A stretch of DNA of 64,000 nt, from NCBI RefSeq assembly GCF_000143415.4, contig NW_003314273.1:1890052-1954051 (forward strand), given 5' to 3'. The notes under the pieces are model-generated. The model did no database searches. It saw only the letters and a program-made list of their open reading frames with translations, and had not been told where the DNA came from. A program made the translations under genes and the position numbers. The DNA comes from Selaginella moellendorffii. Taxonomy: Eukaryota; Plantae; Lycopodiophyta. Below, piece after piece: positions 11,696-22,498 of the stretch (position 1 is its first letter; each line of letters starts with the position of its first letter).

Positions 11696-14547
11696 TTAAT
11701 ACTCTTCATAGAACTCTTCTTCTTGCGGCTGCGCATAGAGTCCTCCCTCGCAATCTTCTTCCAAATGCTCTTCCTCTTCCTCTTCTGCTTCTCCTCCTCC
11801 ATTTTCCTGCCCATCTTCTTGTCCATGGCATTGATAATCCACTTCTTTCTTCTCGTCTATAACAGCGCTGCTGGGACTGATCGCATTTCCATCTTCTGGG
11901 AGTTTTGGAGATGATTTTACGTCCACCAATCCTTGCGGGTTCTCCTGTTCGGATCAAACATTGACGAACTTCATCGAGAAGAAAGCTTTCGCTCGTACCT
12001 CTCGGTCAAATAGCTTGTCCAGAACATCGAAGTTAACTCGTGATCCCAGCTTCTACACACACAAACAAGCAAACATAGCCTTAGCTGCGCTTACAGTGCT
12101 ATCAATCGACATAGCTCTCTCTCACCTTTGCTTCCAGCATCCGACGTGCTGCCTCTGCCGCGGACTCTGCCGGAGGTTTCTTTTCAGCAACTTTTCTCGA
12201 TTTTCTTGCCTGAACACATGCACTGGCGTGAGAAACAAATAAGAGGTGCTTCGTAGACGTGCACAAACCTTTTTGGAGCTCGCGACGGCAGCGGCAGCAG
12301 CAGCGGCAATGTCAGCGGCGGATCCAGTCCCAGACGAAATCGCAGACAGGGCGGCAGATTGTGCAGCTTCGCTTGCAGCTATTGCTGCTTCCTTGGCTTC
12401 CAGTTCCTGTGGATTTTAAAATGTCTTGCCAGTTCGGGCAAGAAAAGCGTGAGCTGCCTACCTGAAGGTATTCTTTGTTCATTTCTGTCCAGATGACAGT
12501 TTTCAGTCGTACTTCCTCCTCGTTGTTCAAGTACGCATTCATCTGTAGGCAAAGGACATGAACTTAATCAACTATATTAATGATTGCTGAACGTTACTTA
12601 CCTCCTCGTCGTCGAGATCCGACAAAGCCTCTTCCGCGAGTAAGTGTCCCGTTTCCGGAATTGTGTTTTCTTGAAAATCCTCCAAGACACTTTCCGACAT
12701 GGCTAGCTGCTTTAACTCGATGTCTTCATCAAGCTACAGATCACATAGTTAAATACATAAGCAAACAAGGGATTCAATACCTTCAAAGCCTTTCCTTTAC
12801 CACGCACAGGCGATTCTTCAGGGTCTTCTAAGAGAAACTCCTTCAGCTTTCTTTTCTCAGCATCAAAACGTTTCTTTTCGGCTCGTTGAAATGCAGGTGG
12901 ATTGGACTCTCCTTCCAAACCACCAGATACTTTCATAAACTGAAAAGCCAGATGTTAAAATGGCGAAAACTCAAGTAGAAAAAAAAAAAAAAAAACCTCG
13001 TCAAAGCAGCTTCTGCACAGACCATGGGCATGATGTGACGCACCTAGTTCTTTATGTTCGCAAAGAATTTCGGTTAAATGTCCTTTGAAATTCACATGAG
13101 GAACAGGCTCCTGAAGTTCCAACTCTTTTGCTTTAGCCTCGAACTCCTCGGGCTACAAGTTTTTACATAACGCGGCTATAAAGTAGTAACAATCTTAAAT
13201 ACATACCGTCAAGCTTCCTGATTCTGTATTCCCAAACTCGACAAGTCTCTTTGTCAGAGTATCGCCACAAACATGGACAACACTCACCTGCATGCAGACA
13301 TTTGCATCAAGCCACAGTACGAAAGGAAGTGCATTCTTACCACATCGCTCTTACTGCACTCAAAACCGTGAATTTGAGCCGAAACAAATAGTGCCGCACC
13401 ACAAACTCCACTTGGTTTTCTGCCTGTCTGTAACAGAGGTTATAAACGAATTGAAAATGTAAACGACCTGAATCCAATCCCGCTTCATACTGGCAACAAT
13501 TCTTAATGCGGTATTCGCAATGGCATGATGTTTCCGTCCGAAGGAGCCATTGCTTAATCCCAACAGTCCTATGCAGAAAGAACTAAGTCAGTCACAAAAC
13601 AATAGAATAGCTGAAAACTCATATACTATCTGTAAATCTGTGAATAAAGAGACTCGGATCGACAGGCTTTGCCATTATCGGATGTTCTTCTAGCCTTAGC
13701 AACCTGCATAGTTGCATGAACACAGCTCCAAGCACGTATCTGTTCAAACTTTCAGATTCTTTTGTCAGAAATGATTAGACTTCAAACGTCCAAACTTACA
13801 CATTTACTTGAAGCGAGTCTGAAAAATCGATAAGCAAATAAGGTTTATTTTCCTGCCTGAAAAATCAATGAGAACAAAACAAGGAAAAAAATAAATCCAG
13901 GGGACGAGAAACGTACCGGCACACTATGTATAAGCAAGCAGCTGCCACTTGTTGAGTACGTCTGCCTTTCGTGAAGCTCTTCTCCACCGCAAGCTGCAGA
14001 AAGAAAGACTTAAAAAACAGCTTTGGCAATAAGCATCGTACCACATACAGCCGGTGAGCAGCACCCACTGCATCATCTCTTCCACTGATTGATAGACTGT
14101 CCGCAATATCTCCGATTTCATTCCTTCCTGACCAGATAAACCATCAAACAAAGAAGAGCAACACCTACATTACAATCACAAACCTCTCTCCAAAGTTTTC
14201 TCGTGCGAGGCAGATTGAAAGCCACTATACCCCGGGTCGGATCCAATGCGTGAATATTGTCCAGATCGGATGATATTTCCCACCAGCTGACTCTACAAGT
14301 TCCACAAGAAAAAAGAATCAAGCACGCTACAACGAAGCTTCCCAAACCTGTCCAGCGGATCCCTTGCAAAAAGTAGGCTCGGACGAGTACACATTATCAT
14401 CAAGAACGCGGCCGCAACCCGTGCAGCACCTGGATCGCCACGATCGCGATAGAAAGAAAGGGGGAAATCCATCAAAACTTACGTGAATCCGTTGATGTCA
14501 TCCCTGTCCGCGATCTGGTCCTTGGCGCAATAGCTGCACCACACCAT
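11696..14547 (-). CDS. BRF1: RNA polymerase III transcription factor IIIB subunit BRF1 (multi-exon)
   Basis: N-terminal Zn ribbon MVWCSYC...CTGCGRVLDDNVYSSEPTF; cyclin-fold FTKGRRTQQVAAACLYIVCR; YLNNEEEVRLKTVIWTEMNKEYL; SRVNFDVLDKLF; acidic tail. Confidence 0.93.
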
Positions 14548-14710
14548 GATCTAGCAGAAGGCCAAACGATCGATCGGCGCGTGAGATCGCCGCCAAGAAC
14601 ACCGCCTCCTCCCCCATCTAATGCCACTGACCTAAATATGCCACAGACGCTCTCAAAAAAAGAGAATAGCGTCCATGTCAAAGCACTGTGGCCTTTGCCC
14701 GCGCCTCTTT

Positions 14711-14783
14711 TACCGTCTGGGGGGATCGAACCCTCGACCGTGTGATTAAGAGTCACTTGCTCTGCCAACTGAGCTAAGACGGC
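14711..14783 (-). tRNA. tRNA-Lys(CTT), slightly divergent
   Basis: GCCGTCTTAGCTCAGTTGGCAGAGCAAGTGACTCTTAATCACACGGTCGAGGGTTCGATCCCCCCAGACGGTA folds as a 73-nt cloverleaf with A and B boxes; one mismatch each in the anticodon and T stems; T7 run ~50 nt downstream. Confidence 0.85.
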
Positions 14784-14847
14784 ACGTCGGCGAAGAAGAC
14801 CAGGAGATTCCCATCACCGTTAAAGAATATTCTCTCTGTTATATCGG

Positions 14848-14869
14848 GCGAGGATCGAACCCGCGACCT
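14848..14869 (-). promoter_or_regulatory. Isolated tRNA T-arm / B-box
   Basis: AGGTC-GCGGG-TTCGATC-CTCGC forms a complete T stem-loop with no 5' tRNA half. Confidence 0.55.
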
Positions 14870-14893
14870 GGGTAGAGCTGTTTGGGAGCGAGC

Positions 14894-16130
14894 ATGACGA
14901 GGCGGAAGAGCGCCGATGGCGCGCCCAGCAAGGTAGGGTTCTTCCTCTCTCACAGGATTCTCGAGCTAGATTGACGAGCGTGCCCTGCTCCAGAATGCCG
15001 TGGATCCAATCCAGGTCTTCGCGGAGAGATTGAGGGATCACAAGAGCTTGGAGTCGCGATGGGCCGTCATGCAGGAGAATAGGGTGGAATATTTCCGGGG
15101 CAAGGATTTCGTGTCGATGCTCAAGGCCAATCCCGATCTCGTCAAGGATGGCCTCGGCAGCGACGAGGAGGAGGTCGCGAATCTCTTGCTGCGCACCAAG
15201 CTCATCTTGCGCTGCGAGCGAGTCGTGAAATCGCTACGGCCGGGCAAGAAGAAGCTCTCCAAGTGGCCGGCTCGTCTCCAACTGTGCCCGGTAAAAGGAA
15301 AAAAAACCTTTTGCCATTCCTCAAAATTTACGATTGATCGATCTTCTTCGCAGGACCAAAGTTTCTCACAAAACGATGCGTTTTACGCATGGACTTTTGA
15401 GAGGAAGCGGCCGCTATGGCAAACAGTGCTCTCGTTTTTACTACCAGTTTTGACGCTGGCTTGCTGCTTGTTTCCACTCTTTCCTCACTGGTGCAAGCTC
15501 GTTGTCATGTACCTGTGCCTCACGCTTTTGGTTTTGATCTTCGGCATACTCATCAGTAAGTCTCTCGTAGAACTTTGTCTTCCAAGTTCTTCCATCTCTC
15601 ATGGCTCTTCGCATGATATTTCCAGTCAGGTGGATGATCTTTGGTATTTCGTATATCTTACTCGGGAAGAGAGTCTGGTTCTTCCCCAACATTCTCGCCG
15701 ATGACGCCTCGTTCTCGGAGATCATCAAGTTCTGGCCCGAGCCGCCCAAGGAGGACGAGAAGCCACCCAAGTGGACCTCTCGCCTCGCCTTTACGTGCGT
15801 TACCATCGGCGTCGTGTGGTTTTGCGTCAGGCATTCTCCTGACGAGGCAGCGCGAGCCAGGTCCGAAAGTTCTTTGTGTTTGTCACCTTTTCTTGTGCTT
15901 GACATCGTTCTTGCAGGTACCAGAAGGGCGTTTCCAATATCATTGACGAAATTCTCGAGTGGTCGCCCAAGCTCGCGCTGTCCGGGAAAGTGGAAGAGGC
16001 TGCCCCCGCGAACATCACCGAGGCAACCGAGAGCACCCAGCCAGCGAATGAAAAACCGGATTTTTCGAACGCGACTGAAGGGCAAGACCACGAACAGGAG
16101 CAACAGCAGAGATCAGAGCAGGAAATATAA
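14894..16130 (+). CDS. SEC62: Translocation protein SEC62
   Basis: FAERLRDHKSLESRWAVMQENRVEYFRGKDF, PGKKKLSKWPARL, two TM segments, WFFPNIL; spliced reading ends with TAA at 16,130. Confidence 0.93.
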
Positions 16131-16202
16131 AGAATGTGAGTTCTTACAAATAATTTGGCGACTGGTTACTCGTTTTCAGACTCTTTCTCGCGGCTAAGGC
16201 TT

Positions 16203-17992
16203 TCATATGGCCATGTTTTCCTGTTCTTCCCTTTCTACGTCCGAGGCATCGTCTTCCAGGTGGGCTGCAAGTGTGCTCTTGTTATGAGCCATGAACTTGC
16301 TAGCTCCGAAGCCCGGTTGCACGATTTTGGCAATCAGGAGACCGATGGTTATCGACAGAGCAACAACGAGCATATCAAACACAAATGCCATGCCTGAAGC
16401 TACGTCCCTTCCAAACATGGCCGCAATGCCTTCCACTCCAAGGCCTCCAGGAACCAAGAGTAGAATACCGGACAGCACCAATGCGAGAGGCAATTCTCCC
16501 GTCAGGTGAGAGTACAAAGTTCCTGTGGAAAACGAGCTATCGTCTGGAACTTGAAACTTAAGACAAGAATTACCAGTGATCCCCACTGAGAACGCGGCAA
16601 GTACTGTCGATGCACTTGTTCCTAGCTTGTCTGTGGCATATGCAACGACATAGCCGACGGTCGCAGCTAGTCCCATCCCTGGCCATTGGCTCAACCGAGC
16701 ATTCAGCAGGATATTGGAAGCGACGATATATCCGACTAGCCTGCACGAGTGGAAGAAAAAAAAGCTCAAGCCTCTTTAACGCTTTTAAGAAAAGTACCAT
16801 AACGTGTTCCACCACTTCGAGATTGATGGAGGAGTACAATGAGCCTTGTCGTGAGCCTTTGACCACCACAAGAAGCTGTCCCCGATTGCCAATCCAAATC
16901 CAAGCTGCAAGGCCGAGAAGAGGCCATGAATTACGCGTGAGGTGCCGGTGACGTGAGACTTGGCAACCATCTCGCTCACACCAAGAGTGAGAGGCATCCC
17001 TGGAGAAGTAGAAGCCATTACGAGTGATTATCACAAGCAAGTGTTTGATATACCTGGAAGCAATTCCACCAGAGCCGAGAGTGCCAGTGAAGAAACACAT
17101 ATCTTCAGCTTCTTGAGGTAGATTGAAAATACTCTGGCCAGGAACGAGACCAGCACTGCCACAATGAATTCCATGACACTGGCGAAGAGTGGCCAGCGTG
17201 ATGCAACAATGTCAAGCACGCCGACCAAGAGTCCGAGAACAAAGCTGAAGAGAGCGTCACAGAGGTTTCCTGCCATGCTTAGTGAGAGTCTCTGCGGGTT
17301 TACTTTAAGAAGTGCTTACCATTGAAGAAGAGAAGCGAAGCCATTGAAGCAGACAAAGCGTAACTAAAGAGCCGCCACCAAGTTCCAAATTCCTGGGGCG
17401 CGGTAGCGATTGCTTTTAGTCTCCAGTAGGACAGGACGAGTGGAGTATCTCGCTTTCCCACGCTAATGGCGAGCTCGTCAGCCCGAGCGAGCTTTCCAAC
17501 ATCGAGTTCACTCTCAACAGTTATGAGATGAATCTCAGACCTGGGAAAGAAGAACGAGCGTTGTCATGGATTTGTCAAGCTACTCAAGGAGAAATTTACT
17601 TACGAGAGATCGTCGTCGATATCGTTGAAGGACAGAAGGATGAGCGTTGGAAACACAGCAATGTTGGTATCTACGTGAAGCCTCTCCGCCGCGCGCTCGA
17701 TCAAATGCTCAGTCCTCGACGCCGAGCTGCCGTAAGTGTGGAGAGCTATGGCAAGGCGGAAGAGGAACCTCCGCCGCAGCTCATGGCTACCGTTCTTGGA
17801 AAAATCACGATTCTGCGAGGTATCCACAGGGACTCGGCGATTGAAATACCTAGGGGAAGCCACGAGCGAGCCCTTCCTGCGGAAATTTGGAGATGGCGCT
17901 CCTCTTCCTCCTTCCTCGGCCGATGTCGACGCAGCAGCGAATCCACTGGTGGCCTCGATGAGCTTCTCCCGGATCCCTGACAGCCCCAGCAT
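16203..17992 (-). CDS. ThrE / Prm10-like threonine-serine exporter family membrane protein
   Basis: LAIALHTYGSSASRTE...VFPTLILLSF, LVELLPG, SGILLLVPGGLG; many TM helices; start codon uncertain. Confidence 0.75.
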
Positions 17993-18343
17993 TGGATCGA
18001 TCTTCGCATTTCCTGGAGATTAGGGCCGCGGCGATCGAGCACCTAGAATCGATCGCTTTCTCTTCTACTGCTCGAGAAAGAAAATATTTGCGCCGGGCGA
18101 TCGACGAATCGCGCCATGGCAGACGCCACGCCACGTAAATAAGAAGACAGAGGTTAGGGTTTTCGCGCCAGCATACTCTTAAAAAAAAAGTACGTGGCCA
18201 TGATTCGAACCGCGGTAATGCGATGGAATCTCGATGGGTGGAGCATATCCGATATTCTTTTGTCATATTCTCATGCCCGAAATATAAAGTCTGGGGTTCG
18301 ATTCCCTTTACTGCCACCACCTCTATTTTTTTGGCCTTCCACA

Positions 18344-20555
18344 ATGGGCTCCATCGCTGGCGAGGAAGAGCTTCAAGGAGCTGGCGATTGCGGTGGATGC
18401 TGCGGCATTGGTAGGGTTTACGTCAAGGAGGATGATCCGTCCCAGCCGGCGCAATGGCGGGAATGTAGCCTGGGGTTTTCCGAGATTTGCAAGGCGGAGC
18501 TGGTGCCGGATGCTCTCTTCCAGGCCAAGATCGATGGCGCCGGCGCTGGCGCCGCTGTGGACGATGCCAAATGCGCGTGGCTTCGATCGCAGCTCATTGG
18601 ATCGGGCTACGAGCTCTCCACTCCGTTTGGCAAGCGGGATCTATTCTACGCCGATTACACCGCCTCCGGCCGATGCTTGTTCCACATCGAAAGCTTCATC
18701 ACGCAGAATATCATGCCTTTCTACGGTGCGTTCTTCCTTGCTCCTACCAATTCCTTCGATCTGCTCGAAATATTTTGGTTCTGGTTCTTACTTTTACCTA
18801 TCGATTCCCAGGGAACACTCACGCCGAGGATAGCTTCGTGGGAGACACCACTTCCTTCCTGGTGAACGAATCCACTCGCTACCTCAAACATTCGCTTGGA
18901 GCTACCGCCGACGATGCGCTCCTCTTTTGTGGCTCCGGATGCACTGCTGCTGTGAAGCGCCTCCAGGAGGTCATGGGCCTCGCAGTGCCTTCCATTCTCC
19001 GGGACCGAGTTGTCAAGACACTCAAGGACGAAGAGCGCTGGGTGGTGTTCATTGGCCCGTTTGAGCACCACTCTAATCTCTTGTCCTGGCGCCAGAGTCT
19101 TGCGGAGGTGAGTCAGATCGATCGATATCTTGTCTCATGAAGTTTCGGCTCTACTGTAGGTGGTGGAAGTTCCCACGAACAAGCAAGGACTACTCGACGT
19201 GGAGTTTCTCGATAAGGCACTCGCGGATCCAAAGTTTGCGGGGCGTCCCAAGCTCGGCTCCTTCTCAGCATGTAGCAACGTTACTGGAATTCTCGCGGAT
19301 ACACGAGCAATCGCTAGGCAGCTCCACCGCCACGGTGCGCTTGCTTGCTTCGATTTCGCTAGCTGGTAAACATTTTCTCTTTTTTGTTCGTTTGGATAAG
19401 GCCAAGCCCTGGCATTGATTCTCACTCCCTCTTGCGCTTTCGATCAGTGGTCCTTACGTCCGCATCGAAATGCGCGCTGGAGAGCTCGATGGCTACGACG
19501 CGATTGCTTTGAGCCCCCACAAGTTCGTCGGAGGACCTGGAACACCTGGGCTGCTGCTGATCAACAAGAATCTCTACTTGCTGCGTGACAAAGCACCATC
19601 CACGCCTGGGGGTGGCGCAGTCGACTTCGTCAATGGCTACACGGAAGAAGTGAGCTCAAATCTGTGGTCCATAGCTGAAACGAAGAAAACGTGACTGATA
19701 CCATTTTGGCAGGATACTTTATACCTGAGGGACATCGAGGCACGAGAGGACGCCGGAACGCCACCGATTCTCCAGAAGATCAAGGCTGCTTTAGCGTTTT
19801 GGATCAAAGAGGAGATGGGATACGAGCTCATCGAGTCCAGAGAGCAGTACTTCATCACCACCGCGCTGAAGCGACTGTCAGCCAACCCGAACGTGATGCT
19901 GCTGGGAAACACGGAGGCGAAGCGTGCTGCTATTCTCTCGTTTCTTGTCTACGCGACGGAACCGGGTGACCAAGTTTTGGAGAAACGAAAGATCCTGCAA
20001 GGCCGGTTCATTGTCAAACTCTTGGACGACTTGTTCGGCATCCAGTCGAGAGGTGGCTGTTCCTGTGCCGGGCCTTACGGCCATGCTCTTCTCAATGTCG
20101 ACCACAACGTCTCCATAAAGCTCCGCGATGCAATCCAGAGAGTAAGTTTCCAATCCATCTAGACCATCTTCTAGCTCATTCTGTTGTTCCTTCGTGTCCA
20201 GGGATATGGTGGAGTTCGACTTGGATGGGCTCGCTTGAACTTTGCGTACTTCATGTCGATCGAAGAGTTCGAGTTCGTGCTGTCCGCTATCGAGTTTGTT
20301 GCCGAGTACGGCCAGCGTTTCATTCCGCTCTACGAGTTCAACTGGAGATCCGGAGCCTGGACGTTCATGCCCGAGTTTAAATCCAAGTACGCGGCACTAG
20401 CCGAGGAGGAGAAGCTTGAGGACGAGTTGCCGGAAGTGAAGCACAAGACGTATCTGGAAACGGCGATATCAATTGCGAAACTCCTGCCGGAACATCCTCA
20501 AGAGCGAGACGTCCCCAAATACATCGATCCGGTGCTAGTCGATTTTAGAGTTTGA
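18344..20555 (+). CDS. Class-V PLP-dependent aminotransferase / cysteine desulfurase-like protein
   Basis: YADYTASGR, GPFEHHSNLLSWR, FSACSNVTG, LSPHKFVGGPG (PLP lysine), QSRGGCSCAGPY. Confidence 0.9.
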
Positions 20556-20736
20556 TGAGAAGTAGCATTCGACAGTGGCTGGAAATGATACTGATAAAGC
20601 AAAAATAATAAACGTTTGTGTCAATGTCTTATTGACTATGCAATGGACCTTGGAATCAATCTAATGGGAAACATCCGTACCTGAGAAGCAAAAAGATTCT
20701 TTCCGGAATTTACAATGGCCCGCCTCGTTGGTGCTC

Positions 20737-21694
20737 CTAAGCAGGAATGGCAGCGACATTTTCTGTGGATGCTGGTGCTTGTTCCACTTGCGTGTTATTA
20801 ACATATTGATCGAGGCCATTGATACGGGTGATCCTTATCCGCGTGAGCATCTGGAACGCAGAATCACATAAAATCGTTAACATAGGACACGCCAAAGATC
20901 GCTAATAGTAAAACAAAGATTATACTTGGCGATGGCCCTTGGTCCTACGATAGTTCTTCCTTCGTTTCTTCTTGAACACGATGACTTTGGCATCTAGAGC
21001 CTGAACAAAGTCACTAGTGAGCAAAAAATAGATTATTTTGAGGAGCAACTTACATGCTCCTCCACAATCGCAGAAATGGTAGCTTCAGGCACAAATGGCC
21101 TTCCAACAACAGTTTCTGTTTTCGTCCCCAGTAGCATCACCTTGTGGAGCGATAACTATCCAAGAACACGAAAAGAAATCAAAAGCTTCGTTACAAAACA
21201 TAAAACTACCAAAGAAAAGTTTCACCTTGTCATTCACATTTGCGCATTTCAGCCTCTCGATGTAAAGAACGTCGCCTGGAGTCACTTTAAACTGCTTCGC
21301 TCCAATCTACGTAGACAGGAAAAAAAAAAAAGGCTTAAGATTTTGCGTAGAACACATTGAGCAATCAAAGCACCTGGAAGACTGCAAATGCGTCCTGCCG
21401 TGGGATAGCCAGAGGCTTGTCCACTACCAGGCGTCCAACGACGGTATAGCCCAAAGCCTTCATAATCTCATCGGAGTTCCTCTTTCGATCGACACCGCCA
21501 AAGGACATCACACGGACATCCCTCGGCTCCACCCCGGGCTTGAGATCCAGCTCCATTCCCAGGCTCTGGCTCTCGCGCCATAGAGAATGCAGCTTCCTCA
21601 GACCTAATCCAAACCTCTGCGGCGCCTCTGGACGATCGAACAAGGCGCCAGAGGAGCGGATCATCGCGATCGAGAGCCGCCTCCATGTCCCCAT
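20737..21694 (-). CDS. RPL21M: Mitochondrial ribosomal protein L21 (bL21m)
   Basis: FAVFQ, GDVLYIERLK, HALDAKVIVFKKKRRKNYRRTKGHRQ, LTRIRITRI; Arg-rich presequence. Confidence 0.88.
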
Positions 21695-21818
21695 TCTCGC
21701 GCTTAAACCCTACTTCTCCAAGCAAATATTTGGCTACCCTAAAATTCCCCAAGAGCCCTAGAAAACGAGGGTGTGGTGATTTTGGTCCCTCTCGGCAAGG
21801 GATCGCGGCGGCGCCATC

Positions 21819-22216
21819 ATGTAAGCCTCTCTCTTCCGGCTCACATTCCGTGTGATCTCGCCGTGGCTGCTAGGTCGGACGATGCGGAGGAGCTCCAGGA
21901 TCCCAAGCTTGAACTGGAGGAGATGTGCCGGCCGCGATGCGTTAAGCAATTTCTTGCCTACCAGGTAGAGCCCAAGCTTCGATTTCTTGCTCTGGAAACG
22001 CTCGGCGATGGATGAAACAGGCGTGTTGCAAGCGAATCGAGGACGATGACACTGGATCGAAGCATTGCACGGGGCAGTACCTGGATTTCTGGCACTGCAT
22101 CGACAAATGCGTGAGTTTTGCTCGATCAAGATCCCTTCTTTTCGCTGTTCTTGAGCTTCTTGCTTTTTGCCCTCTCTTGGCAGGTATCGAGGCGGCTTTT
22201 TGATCGATTAAAATGA
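21819..22216 (+). CDS. QCR6: Ubiquinol-cytochrome c reductase hinge protein
   Basis: Spliced MSDDAEELQDPKLELEEMCRPRCVKQFLAYQACCKRIEDDDTGSKHCTGQYLDFWHCIDKCVSRRLFDRLK; start codon split AT|G by intron 1. Confidence 0.93.
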
Positions 22217-22498
22217 GTAGATAGAAGAAGAAGAACAAGGTCGTGATCGTGTGCCATGCTCCCAGATCTATCGAATAAAAGGTCACGAATAAGCCACATT
22301 CCTGTGCTATCTTTAATGAGGACGAAGAGTTCCGTTGCTAGCTTAGAGGGGAAAAAGTCTTCGCTTGCGCCAGGAGCTAGGGTTCTATAGGTTCTTGGTG
22401 GCTCGATCGATCGATCGGCCAGCGCATCGCGAAATTTCGCATCGCAATGCTAAATGCGAGCTCCAGGAGGCAGTGATTGGCAGTGGCGCCGAGAGATT

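Noticed and set aside
14655-14710. Dicistronic tRNA-snoRNA in the tRNA-Lys trailer
   Set aside because: The trailer is only ~50 nt and lacks C/D or H/ACA boxes.
18235-18320. Possible full tRNA ending in CCA
   Set aside because: No convincing acceptor stem or D arm; only the B-box/T-loop is supported.
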